From Histomonas meleagridis 2922-C6/04-290x (Eukaryota > Protista > Parabasalia): a stretch of DNA of 64,000 nt. Location of the stretch: the NCBI GenBank assembly GCA_020184695.1, contig JAANOX010000011.1:558001-622000 (forward strand). Reading direction: 5' to 3'. Below are positions 42,495 through 54,723 of this stretch, one piece after another. The number at the start of each line of letters is the position of its first letter. Positions within the stretch are counted from its first letter, which is position 1. The notes below the pieces were generated by a model. That model was not told where the DNA came from. It ran no database searches and was given only the letters and a program-made list of their open reading frames with translations. A program made the position numbers and the translations under genes.

Positions 42495-44723
42495 ATGGAA
42501 ATAGAAAAGGACCTTTTAGATGCGATTGCCCCAATTGTAGGCATGCTTGAAAACGAAAAAGTTATATGTTGCGTTAAAGTGACTCATGCAGGAAGGAAAT
42601 CAAAGAAAGCTGGTGCTGGCATGCTTGCTACAGAATTTGGCTTTTATGTTCTTGAAAAAGGCATATTTTCTAAGAACTACTCTATAGTAGGGCAATTCTT
42701 CTGGAACAGTCTCAAAAAGATTGAACTTGTCGATAATGAAACATTCATATTCACAGGAGGAGCTACCCTTAGTTCACACAGAATTACACATCATGGTGCA
42801 AATTATCTTCTTAAGCTTATAATCAAGCATATTAAGAATGTTTTAATTCCATCAGAATATCCAGAATTTGTCAATTTAGATGATTCCTTTACAAATGTTG
42901 AACATCAACATGAAGCTTTTGTGAATCGTTTTAGGTTCCAACTTCGTTTGTTGAATGTTAGAAAGTTTCCATCAGAACTGGAGAAAAAATTATCAAAAAT
43001 TATATGCAGAACACACACATTAGATATAACTGCATTACCAGGATCTGATAGTTTTACAGATGTACTACTTGATTGCCTCCAAATCGAGCCAACAATAATT
43101 ACAGTGATACTTCCAAGAGGGCTTAAAAACCCTTACTGGACATCTTTAGCAAACTGCTTGAGAAGAAACACAACACTAAACCACGTAGTAACAAATGATC
43201 CTGCATCAAATGAAATTGAACGAGTAGCAGAAGCATTAGCATCAAATCAACAAGGTAAGCTCAACAAATTTACTTTCCGTAACGCAAACTTCCAAATCGA
43301 ACATTTCTCAATCCTCGAGAAATTGTTTAGATCAATTCCATTCGAGGAACTTGAATTTGATAATTCAATGAACGGACCAATTTTCCAACAGCTTCTATTG
43401 AGCGAATCAATGGGACTTGCTTTAACATCTTTGCAATCGCTTATACTCAAAAAGACAAGAGAATTAAATTTGGAGATCATTTTCCAAATGCTTCCATCAC
43501 TGAAACGGATTTCTCTTATAGAATGTGATATCAACATTGGCAAGATATGTCATTTAATGTCCAAGTTAAGACTTGAAAGTATTGAAATTAAAGGTGGATA
43601 TGCGCAAAACAGCATCCAAGTTTCAAAAATACCTCCTCAATTAAGTTCATTCACGTTCGAAGACATAACTTGGGAAGGCCAATCGTTCACTATAGTTTGG
43701 AACGCCATTATGACTCACCAACCAACATCAAAGAAGTTAACGGTCTCTTTGTCATCGGCGCGGATCAAAACCGAACATTGGTCTCAATTTTATCGCGAAG
43801 TACAAAACACTCCCCCTTGCCAATATCTTACAAGTCTTACATGGTCTGAGAATGAGGTTCAAGCGCCTTTATTCCAGTACTTGTTAAGTTGTCCTCAACT
43901 TAATACAATCGTCTTTAACGGCTGCTTCTCATCAAACTCCAGTTCAATCATCGGCGTTTTAACCGAGTTTTTGAATGCAAAACCGTCTATCGAATCGGTT
44001 ACTATAAAGGGTACAAAAAGAGCGCAACTTGGCGATTCTGCTCCAATTCTATTCTCTAGATTAAAGAAGAATCAAAACCTAAAGTACCTTGACGTTAGTA
44101 ATAATGACTTTGGCTCACAAGGTCTTTTATCACTTGGAGAATTTCTTGTTGCGAATAAGAAACTCCGCGAAATTGTCTTTGCTAACAATAACATCGAAAC
44201 AGGAGAAGCTTATGAAACGTTCTTTGATACAGTAATGAACCGTGGTCCTAAGCTTGTAATGGAATGGCCTGACAAAGAAATTACTGATATGCATAAGGCT
44301 AAGCTTCTTAAGGGCAAATCAGTTAACCATATGATGGATTGTTATGCTATCATTATCAACGGAAACCTTAAAGCCAAAGTTACTGATGATGCAACTGATG
44401 ATGCTTCAAATTTGTTTAATGAAGGGCCAAAGATGAGACACAGCGGGTCTCGTTCAAGGTCTCCTTCCATAGGACATAAACACCACAGATCAAAACATAG
44501 ATCCAGAACAAGTTCACTGGTTAACGAAGATAGACCATTGGCATCGGATAAGTCTTCTTCCTCGTTTGATCCTCTTCAGATTTCTGAGGGTTCTGAGACA
44601 AATCAGGATCAATGGAAATTCACATTGCCAGAAATCCCTGTTCCAGACATAAATGAACAGGTGAAAGCAATCGACGCTGCATACAACATCAATGTGCTGC
44701 TGAAGAGAATGAGGCAGGTATGA
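42495..44723 (+). CDS. RNI-like leucine-rich-repeat protein (CARMIL-like architecture)
   Basis: N-terminal PH-like segment, LKYLDVSNNDFGSQGLLSL and LREIVFANNNI LRRs, and an S/R/H-rich tail. Confidence 0.75.
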   Translation: MEIEKDLLDAIAPIVGMLENEKVICCVKVTHAGRKSKKAGAGMLATEFGFYVLEKGIFSKNYSIVGQFFWNSLKKIELVDNETFIFTGGATLSSHRITHHGANYLLKLIIKHIKNVLIPSEYPEFVNLDDSFTNVEHQHEAFVNRFRFQLRLLNVRKFPSELEKKLSKIICRTHTLDITALPGSDSFTDVLLDCLQIEPTIITVILPRGLKNPYWTSLANCLRRNTTLNHVVTNDPASNEIERVAEALASNQQGKLNKFTFRNANFQIEHFSILEKLFRSIPFEELEFDNSMNGPIFQQLLLSESMGLALTSLQSLILKKTRELNLEIIFQMLPSLKRISLIECDINIGKICHLMSKLRLESIEIKGGYAQNSIQVSKIPPQLSSFTFEDITWEGQSFTIVWNAIMTHQPTSKKLTVSLSSARIKTEHWSQFYREVQNTPPCQYLTSLTWSENEVQAPLFQYLLSCPQLNTIVFNGCFSSNSSSIIGVLTEFLNAKPSIESVTIKGTKRAQLGDSAPILFSRLKKNQNLKYLDVSNNDFGSQGLLSLGEFLVANKKLREIVFANNNIETGEAYETFFDTVMNRGPKLVMEWPDKEITDMHKAKLLKGKSVNHMMDCYAIIINGNLKAKVTDDATDDASNLFNEGPKMRHSGSRSRSPSIGHKHHRSKHRSRTSSLVNEDRPLASDKSSSSFDPLQISEGSETNQDQWKFTLPEIPVPDINEQVKAIDAAYNINVLLKRMRQV

Positions 44724-46021
44724 GCCATAATGTTATTTTAGCACTTGTTCTTGAAATTAGAATTCCAAACGAAGTCAAATGAATAAAATTTGGCAAATTT
44801 TCTAATGGTTTTATGGTTTTCGATGTTTATGTGCATATAGAGTAGCTGCAAGTAAATTTATTTTTACATCATTCATTTCATAAACGAAATAATTTGATGG
44901 AAAATGTTTAGGCACAAAGAAAGAAAATTTTTTTGTTTTTATTTTCTTCGTATGAACCACCAAATTGGCAAATAGTTTTTTTGCATTTGCCTTAATCATG
45001 GTTTTATGGCAGCTTACAGAAGTTTTCGCTGTTTGATTTTGGATTTTATAAAGAATATGTGAAAGAGGAACAAGTTCCCCACATGAAGTTGGACAAATAA
45101 TTCGAAACGATGAATTAAAAAGCATCAAGAAATATCAATAAGATTTTGTTTTTATTTAAATTATTGAATTATCACTATATGAAAGGTATTTATTTGTTAG
45201 ACAAAAAAATTTTACATTCAATGATTATATAGACTTAGTGAAAACCTGTCTACCTCACGAAAATTGTCTACCTTGATAAGAATGCGAATTGGAGCCTATG
45301 ATTGCTGGCAATGATGTTCTTTTTGTTATTAAGTTGTTGTCAAAATGGTTTCATATGAAAGTATTTACGTAATTTTTAATATAATTGATATTCTTCTCTA
45401 TTTGCGAAGTGATAATGTAAAATCAACTAAAATAGCCGACATAGTGTCAATATACAGAGCTGGGTATGGCGAAAAGGATCTCGAAGCTCCAACTTTTGTT
45501 TTCATTCAAAACAATGGTGAACAGATTTCCTTAATCCTTAAAAATAAAACTTTTTTTGGTTATTAAGACTTGATGAACGTGAATTAACTTAACGTTCCCC
45601 ATTTTTAAAACGAATTTATCTTTATCCTAAATGTGTAATTTTCGTCCATATTTATAAAATACACACAAAAAATGTATTACATTGAAGAAACAAAATAGTG
45701 TCTAGAAAAAATGATCCCTTATAAAAAATCGAAATTTTTTCTCAACTTTATGAAATTTTTTTAAATTACATAATGCATATGTATAAATATTATATCTTCA
45801 TTATTATGTTAAAATTAAAATTTAATAAATGGTCTATTTTGTTTATTACAAAATTGTAATGCAATGCTTGAGTTAATTTTCCAATCTATTTCATTCCATT
45901 GGAGTAACGCAACGATTTTTCAATTTGATTATTTAAATTCTCTTTTGCTATTGTTTGAGATTCTAAATGAAGAGTGGATGAATTTTGTTTTGAACTATGA
46001 GCTGGTAGAAAAAATTTGTTT

Positions 46022-48202
46022 TCAGCATATCAAAAAACAAACATATAAAAAGTGCTGTTTTAACGTATTTTTCTTTGCGAAATCGGCATATTCCTTCGGG
46101 ATAATATTCTTTAGTTCCGCTTTGTCTTTATCATTGTCTGTCCGCAGCATTCCATTGATGTCCATCATCATCAAACTTGTGCACGAATGAATCGCTTCAA
46201 TTTCTTCATTTAATTCTTCGATTTGGAACAATTCGAAAACATTTTTATATTCATTCGTATCGATATTTAATATCAATATACCAAATGAATTATATTTAAA
46301 CTGCAAAAGATGTTCTCGAATTACATTAATTAAACGACGTCCGACTGCTGTATAGAAACTAATTTTGTTTTCGCCTGCAATGTTCGAGCGCGTTTCATTA
46401 ATTAAATTACGAAGGAATTCGACAAATGATTGGCATGCATTCGTGCGAAGTGGTTCGATCTCTTTCGCTGGTAAAAAGTCGATTTTCTTTTGTAAGTTCA
46501 GTAATATATTTTTCGCATTAATCGCTATGACTTCGACGCAATTACTTAATCCTTCGCTAATTTCCATTTCAAGTTTACGAATAAATTCTTTACGTGAAAC
46601 ATTAAATTTAGAATGCGCTATCGAATGATGAAACAAAATACCTTTAAGTGATTTAGTGTATTTGTCATCAAGTGTTAATATCGATGAATTAACCATCAAA
46701 AAGCAGTTTAAGAAACATGCCAGCGTAATTACAATCTTCGGAAATACTTAAATATTGCGAACAACATTTAATAAATCGAATGTTATATACATAAAATGTG
46801 TTATTTAAGAAACACTCCATAATGTTTTTGTAAGTCTTCTTCAATGTTCTCAGGTAATGATAATAATGCGCATCGTTCCCATGTGCTGCTCGCGATGGAT
46901 AATATTTGCGAACAAATCGTTTCATCAAATATTTTAAATGGATCAATGCTTTCTTCATTCTTCTGTAAGATTCGCGTAAGTAAATTTTGACTTTCGAATT
47001 TATCTAATAATGAAATCGGCCCGCGAATTAATTGTTTCATGGAATCATTTAATACAAATCGTTCTTGAATACTGTACTCTGATTGATATTCACGAAAAAC
47101 TCGATCCATTAAATTTAATGTCGCATATTGTTGACTGTCTAAGCGAAATATACTTTCTAACATAACTGTGGTGCGTCGATAAAATTTCTCAAGCATTAAA
47201 CAAAAGTCTAATGGCTTATTATGTGCATAAAATGATAATACTTCTGATACAAATGTACTTAAAAAGCCGATCGAAAATAGATTGAAGTAACTTAAGTTTA
47301 ACTTGTTGCGTCGGGTCAAAGATAATATCAATTTTGTTCCATACTTTAGTGCATTCATCTGAAATTGATCCACAAAATTTATCATAATGGTCATAAATTT
47401 CATTAAATGAATGTTTTAATATTTCTTCATTAAAATGTAAATTAATACATCGCTCTTCTGTAAAAACTGGTGACATATCAATGTACGCACGAATGGTTTC
47501 ATGCCCAAGTTGAAGATACGAAAGTGAGCGCGCATAGTTATGCAATTCTTCTGGCGTGCTGTGCGCACTCGTAAGTTTGTCTTTGAATGTTCGCAATAAT
47601 TCTTGTGATAAACGCGTGCGATATGACTCTAAATTTATGCGCGCGCACTCAATGTTCGCCTTCTTCTCTGAAATATCAATGATTTTAATAAGTTTGGATA
47701 AATATTCGGCAGTCTTAAATTGATCATTTAATGGAAATGTGGTGTTCTTTAATTTGGTTAAAACTGAATCTAAATCACTGTCTGACCCAAAAATTTTGTA
47801 TGTTTTGTATATACGTTGAAATAGTGTCTGCTTTACGAACTAATGATGTGGCTACATCTAAACGATCTGTAATTTGTGTAAAATCGACTGAAAGTTTGGA
47901 ACAACTTTCTGATAAATCTTTTGACTGTGAATGAACTTCACTAAGTTCTTCGTCAATTAAACGTAAATCTGTGCAAAATTTTAATTTTTAAGTGATTTAA
48001 CTTCTTTGGTAGATTGTTTAAGTTGCGCAATACTTCTTTCACGTTGTTCTAATAACTCTTTTTGTGAGTCAATTAAAGTAGAATAAACATGACGAAATTG
48101 AAAAAATAAATTACTACTACTCTTCATCTTGTCATCTTCTTGATGAGGTCGTGATAATAATTTATCAATCTCTCGTACTACAAAATCTGTTGAAGAAGAC
48201 AT
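46022..48202 (-). CDS. SEC10: Exocyst subunit Sec10 (EXOC5)-like, split by frameshifts
   Basis: C-terminal TAVGRRLINVIREHLLQFKYNSFGILILNIDTNEY resembles the Sec10 C-terminus, with an N-terminal coiled coil. Fragments lie in changing frames, probably from homopolymer errors. Confidence 0.6.
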
Positions 48203-48517
48203 TTAGATGGGGTACTCCAATGGCACTTTTATTTCAATGATTCAAATTTTTGAACGTGGAACGTTAATCTTATTTTTTTTGTTTTTATTAAGAATGGCAA
48301 CATATAATGATATTTAAAATTAGAATTCTTTAACAATGATGAATTAATAATTTCATTTAGTTAAATTTCTTATTTGTCTTTTATATTTAGATAGATTAAT
48401 GATAACAACAAAATGAATGTTAACATAATGAAATAGATTAAAATTATAGAACGTTAAAAAATGCTTATAGAGAACGTTAATAATTTATATCACATTTTTT
48501 TTTCCTTAAATTTTGGA

Positions 48518-51500
48518 ATGGATGAAATCGAAAACAGAATTATTACATGTTTTATGAATTTGAATAATCCATTCCAAATTGATCCTATGCAAAGTACACG
48601 AGAACTTCAAATTTTATATGAAAACCCAAGTTCAATTCCAGTTTTATTTAATATTTATTCGAAGAATGAATCCATTTTTTTAAAGAAGAGTACAGCGATT
48701 GGACTTAAACGATGTATTTCACATTGTTCAGAAAAAATTTGTCAAGAAGATTTAACCATAATTTTTTTTTTTTTTTTAAATATTATTTATTTAGAAGGTA
48801 ATTCAGAGATTATTAATACACTTCTTTTACCATTAGAAAAGATGTATGAAATTTGTGGAGGTAAATATGAATTTATCGAAAATTTTATAAATTTATTAAT
48901 CCAAAACAATCAAATTGATAAATGTATTACTATATTAATTACTATTATACCTATTACAAAAGATATTGAAGGTAATATTGAAAAATTAATCAATATTTTA
49001 ATTTTTTGTTTAGGGACACCTTTAAATGTTAATATTATTTATAAATATTTTCAAGTTTATTTATCATTAATTAATTATTTAAATTTTTTACATATTGAAC
49101 TTCCAGGGAACATTTTTAAATAATTTATTAATAATATTTTCTAATTTATATTTAGAAACATTAAAACAAGGATCGACAGAAGAAATAGAAAAAGTTTGTA
49201 ATATTATAATTAAAACATATGAAAATGATATTGAACCAATTTTATTTGACCGAATATTTGAAATGAGTATTTTATATTTACAATCACAATATAATATTAT
49301 ACAAAACAAAATTAATGTTATTGAAGTATTAGGTTATTCATTATTTAATACTAATATTGAACTTAATAATGAAATTCTTATTAATTTATTAGATTTAATT
49401 CTAAATTTAACTATTATATCATTTAATGAATTTATTATTAAAGAAATTGAATATATTCCGACTAAATTCATTTTGATAGCTATTTTACAACGAATTCCTA
49501 ATATAATATTTCATGATGTTATTGAAGAACGAATTGAAAAATTAATTCAACCTACGAATCCATCTACATATTTTACTGGGATATTATTAATCCAAATTTC
49601 ATTACGAACACATTCTAATTTAATCATTGATTTAAAAGAACGACTTTTATTTTATTGTATTTCATCTTTTAATATTAATAATGAATTAATACGAAGTCTT
49701 TCATGTCATACTATTAAAACATGTTATTTTTCATTAAGTGAACAAATTAATTCTAAATTAGAAGATATTATTATTAAAATTATTGACATGATTCAACGAG
49801 AACATTTTGTAGAAGGTTTAATCTTAATTCCGAATATTCTTTATGATATTGAAGATATTGATCCAATATTTGAAATCTTAATAAATATTTGTAATTTATA
49901 TATTAATGATCTTGAAATTTGTACTAATAGTTGGTTAATTTTAACTATTCTTACTATTCGATCAAGAAATAAAATTTGTGAATATTTTGAAGAAATTTAT
50001 CGAATTTCATATGAATTTTTACAAAAAGATAATGAAATTCAACGTGGTAATGCATTACGAGTTATTTGTTCATTAAGTCGAAATTGTCACGAATTATTTC
50101 AAGATAAAATACATGAAATTAAGAATATATTAATTAAATGGTATTTAAGTGAAGATATTATTTTAGAACAAGATTCAATTTTTGGTTTTATTAAATTAAT
50201 AAAATATTATCCTACAGAAATAGAAGAATTATTACCAAATATTTTACCCAAAATATTTCATAATTGTTCACAAGATTATACCGAAGAATTAATTCTAAAA
50301 CTTCAAAATGAAGAAAATATTAATGAAATTTGTAATTATATTGATTATATTATTAAAAATGATCTTAAATTATTAAGTATAATCATTAAAAAATATCCAC
50401 CATATTTTTTAAAACAAGAAAACATAATAATTGTTTTTTCATGTTTATTTAAAAGTTATAAAAGTATTTTTAATAATATTTTTATTGAATCTAATAAATT
50501 ATTTTGTTCAATTATTCGATTAAATATTCCAAATTTTACACATATTTATGTTAATATGTTATTAAGTAATTTAAAATTTTTAGAAGAATCAGAAGATATT
50601 TTATTAGAAACGTCAAGTATTAAAACATTTAATGTTTCATATCAATATTTAGGGAAAATTATATTTAATAATAAAGAGAAATATTTTTTAGAATTAATAT
50701 TTCTTTTATTAGAACAACAACGAAATAATATTATTGATGAATATTTAATTATTAAATTTCATCAAGAAATTAATGAAATTCTTAATAATATTCTTCGAAG
50801 TATTGAAATTAATGAAACATTTTTTGAACATTTCATCCCAAAACTTTATGAATTAATTCATAGTAAATATGAAAACAGAACAAATTATTTGTTTTTAATA
50901 TTAGTATGAATATTATTAAATATTTACCAACCCCTTTTCTTGACGAACTTTATCATATTTCAATACGAAATATTTCGAGTGATGAAATTAAATATTGTCA
51001 AACATATGTAACATTTTTAATGAAATTAATTGAAACATTTCCGAATGGATTTCAACATAATAATGAAATCCTTCAAATTATTGTTCAACGTATTAATAAT
51101 TTAAAAGGAATGAATAAAACAGAAATTATCATTCGTGAATATCTTTTTAGCATTATTTTCACGTATTGATGAAATTGTAAATATTACTAATGAACAAATC
51201 ATTTTTATGGTATTCGAACTTTTTGCCTATTACGATCACATTTGAAGTCAGTCATATTATTTATGGTTATATTATCCGACATTTTCCAGAATATAAAACG
51301 CAACTTTTCCATACGATTGTAGAACCTTTTTATCCGAATAATATTCAACTTTTGAAACATTTAATGGAATCACCACAATTAATGAAAGAAATGTATCAAT
51401 ACGTCTGCAACTTTATCACAGAAATATCTTCAACGGAACTTTTAAATTTGTTTAATGGTTCAATAGAAACTATTTCGAAACTTCAGAACATATTAAATGA

Positions 51501-51549
51501 AATTGGTCAAATTCTGACTCAACAATTAACGCAAAATATACCAATATAA
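48518..51549 (+). CDS. Importin-beta/karyopherin-like HEAT-repeat protein (importin-4-like), frameshifted in this consensus
   Basis: IBN_N-like start (STRELQILYENPSSIPVLFNI...STAIGLKRCI) and continuous helical fragments. The breaks near 50880-51210 are in frame in the second copy. Confidence 0.6.
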
Positions 51550-51607
51550 ACAAATAAACAAATTTGTTATTAATAAATAAAAATATTTTTTATTTATTTA
51601 TTTATTT

Positions 51608-52447
51608 TTATTCTTCTGTTAAAAGTCTCGTTGCTGTCTCATCAAACGTTTTCAACATTTCTTGAATCTTTTCGTTATAATTATTTCGATAATTCTTAAT
51701 AAGCGATAATTGCGTATTTAATTGTTCGATGAATGATGAATGACTCAACGACACTGCGTAATTGATGCCGACGCTTTCGTCATTTGGAAATTGTTCACTC
51801 GCTGTCAAAATGCAATTTCGACCGTTCTCCCATTCTCCAATATAAAAATGACAAACACTAATTAAATTCATTAAAATTGGTGACGTTTCAAATCGTTCTG
51901 ATAAATCAAGAAGTGAAAATAATGAATTTTTAACTTCGTCTTCACCCTTAAAAAATGAAATAAGTGCGCAATTAATACTATATAATATAGAATCTTTGAT
52001 TTGTATAAGTTCTGTTTCTGCTAAATCAATGCGATGAATATTTAAATACATTTGAACTCTTAAAGATGAAAGTTCAATATCTTCAAAATTTTGTAAAATT
52101 TCTAACCCTATTAAATATTCTTCAATCATATTATAAATAATACTGACACAAATTACATAATGTTTCGATTTTTGTATCAATGTTTGATCAAGACTTTTTA
52201 AAAGTTGTAAAATATCGTCTTTATTGTTTTGTTTAAGACTTTGTGATAAAAGATAAAGACCTTTATACATTCCTGTGTTTTGTGTTTTAGTTAAATTTAA
52301 AACAAAGTCAACTTGATTTAAAAAAAGACGTGAACGTAAAACTAAGAATTCAACTTCTTCATCCCCTTTATCGAATGTTGTCGACATTTCGATGACTTTA
52401 TTGTAATATCCAAGATAGAAATATTCTTTAAGTTCAGAAAGACTCAT
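51608..52447 (-). CDS. COPE: Coatomer epsilon subunit (COPI), intact copy
   Basis: LSELKEYFYLGYYNKVIE and LRVQMYLNIHRIDLAETEL match epsilon-COP N-terminal and TPR motifs. 279 aa. Confidence 0.8.
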   Translation of the reverse strand: MSLSELKEYFYLGYYNKVIEMSTTFDKGDEEVEFLVLRSRLFLNQVDFVLNLTKTQNTGMYKGLYLLSQSLKQNNKDDILQLLKSLDQTLIQKSKHYVICVSIIYNMIEEYLIGLEILQNFEDIELSSLRVQMYLNIHRIDLAETELIQIKDSILYSINCALISFFKGEDEVKNSLFSLLDLSERFETSPILMNLISVCHFYIGEWENGRNCILTASEQFPNDESVGINYAVSLSHSSFIEQLNTQLSLIKNYRNNYNEKIQEMLKTFDETATRLLTEE

Positions 52448-52504
52448 TCCTTAATTTAAATATTTTTCAATAGAAAATAATCGTCAAATAAATTATTCAT
52501 TTAT

Positions 52505-54127
52505 TCAAACAATAATTTCTTGAAGTTGTTTCCGAAAATGTTCTTTTTCTCGTTCAATAGTTCGCTTAATTTGTGATAACGTTTCTTGATGTTCTGAAAT
52601 AAGTTCAATAGTTTCATTAAAAAATAAATTTAATTTGTTTTCATCTTTCATTTCATTAATTTTGTCTTCGCACTCTTCGTAAAGTTCGCCGCACTTCTTG
52701 GTGAGCTCCTTCCATCGACTGAACATAGAAGGTTTACTTTGTCGCTTCTCTTCTTCTTCAAGTTCATGCAATTTATGTTTTAATGTCGTTATTTCATTTC
52801 GTCGCAAATTAGATTTCGTGTTATTGCGAATTCGTTCTTGTTCAATTCGTTGTTCTGTTTCAAAATATTTTTCTTTCGTTCGTTCGTATTGATATTTAAT
52901 GTCATACGTTTTACTTTGATATTCTTCAATAATTCCTTTCATCGTTTCAATGTTATTTCGATGTGTTTGAATTTCTTCTTCAAGTGAATGATATAAAATT
53001 TGAAGGCGACGTTTCTCTGAATTAATTTCTTCAAGTTCGCGCGAAATGTCTTTCTTCGCATTTTCTTGTGCTTCGTGCTGTTCTTCAAGTTCTTTGTATT
53101 CCGTTGTAAGACGTTCAAGAACTGACATTTCAATACTTTCATTCGTAGCATAAACACTTTTAAATGATTCAATTTGCGTTTGCAATGGTTCAATTAATTG
53201 TGGAATTGAACTTTTAATATTATTATAACGAAGTAAAAGTTCCCTTTTCTTTGTAATTCTGTTGATGTTGATCAATGTTATAAAGTTCTGTTTTACTTCG
53301 TTCAATGTCTTTATGAAGTTTTTCTTCTTCTTGATGAACGTTTTCATATATTTTCCGTTGTTCTTCATATTCTTGATAATATTTATCATTTTGAATAGAG
53401 AGTTCAATGATTTCTTTCTTGTTTTGTTCAAATTGCCTTTTAGAAATTTGATATTTCCGTTCTTCTTCTTGAATGTTTTGATTCGTGTCTTTAATGTCAT
53501 TCTTAACATTTTGAAGTTCTTTTTCTGTAGTTAAAAGTTCTTCATCAAGTCGTTTTTCTTCTTTTTGAAGCGTTTCTTCTTGAATTTGAATGTTTTTGTA
53601 TTCTTCTTGAATAAGTCCCGACTTTTCTCGTGCACTTGAAAGTTCTTCTTCAACTTTTCGTAATATTTCATTGTTGTTCGAGAATTGTTCAATTTCTTCT
53701 TTGATTTGTTCAATGTTTCGTTGTAATTTTTCTTTTTGTTCTGTAATTTTTCTGTTTCGTTCTTGATATTCTTGAATTAATAATGTCCAATTTGGATCAA
53801 CTGTATTAAGAATGTTTTGATAATTTTCAATGGTTTTGGTGTTTTCTTCAACTTCAAGTTCAAAATCTGCAACTTTGTTTTGTAACTCTTGAATTCGTGT
53901 TGAATAATCAATATCTTCTTCTTCTCTTCCTTTTATTATATCTTTTGCTTTGTCATTTTTTTCGTGTCTTCTTCTTGAACATTTTTGTTTCCTTCTGAAA
54001 TTTGTCGTTCTTCTTTTCCTTGTTGATTCTCTTCTTTACGTTCAACATTGTTTCGCTCTGCAAAATCTTTATCAATGGATTTCTCGAAATCTGAAACAAA
54101 TCCCCAAAAAGACTTGAAGAGACTCAT
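52505..54127 (-). pseudogene. Coiled-coil protein, left copy with a 191-bp internal deletion
   Basis: Same sequence as 59230-61046 but lacks the equivalent of 60117-60307 (junction 53243/53244). One +2 A-run near 53960. Confidence 0.65.
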
Positions 54128-54723
54128 TTAATTTTCAATAACTTTGTTTATTGATCCCATTTTTTTTATTGTTTATTTAAAAATTGACATCAAAAAAAAA
54201 GTAAGAAAAAAATATTTGCCTTCTATATTAATATTCATATAAAATCCTAATTTGATGTCTGATAAATCAAACAATAAAAGGAAGTCTAATTTGATAAATT
54301 TATTTAAGCAAAACATTCATTTTGAAACTATGAGTAACATTAGTTTCAGATAATCTTATTTAATATCAATATCAAAATCCATTATAATCAAATATTTATG
54401 CAATATTTTAATGAAGGTTCAAAACAAGTGAAAAATTTGATAAACTTAAAATGAAATACAAAAACAATTTATATCAAATAAGAATAAAATTGTTTTAAAA
54501 ATAATTTTTTATTCACTTCTTATTTATTTGAAAAATAAATGGAGTCAAATAATAATAAACATATTGCATCATAAAAAATTTTTTTTTAAAGTTACATGTT
54601 GTCTTACAGTAGCAGAAATAGATATCTATCATAAAATATAAAACAATTTTTTTATCAAACAGTTTGAAAAACTAATTAATGAGATATTATTCAAAAATGA
54701 GCTTTATTTTGATATTAATTTTT

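Larger units (their letters stand above)
49554..54279. repeat. Left arm of a large inverted duplication
   Basis: Reverse complement of 59078-64000. The window end matches position 49554 and inner identity stops after AACAATAAAA. Confidence 0.95.

Noticed and set aside
5632-52447. Functional cluster of GTPase, phosphatase and trafficking genes
   Set aside because: These families are heavily expanded in parabasalids. Orientations are mixed and there is no evidence of co-regulation.
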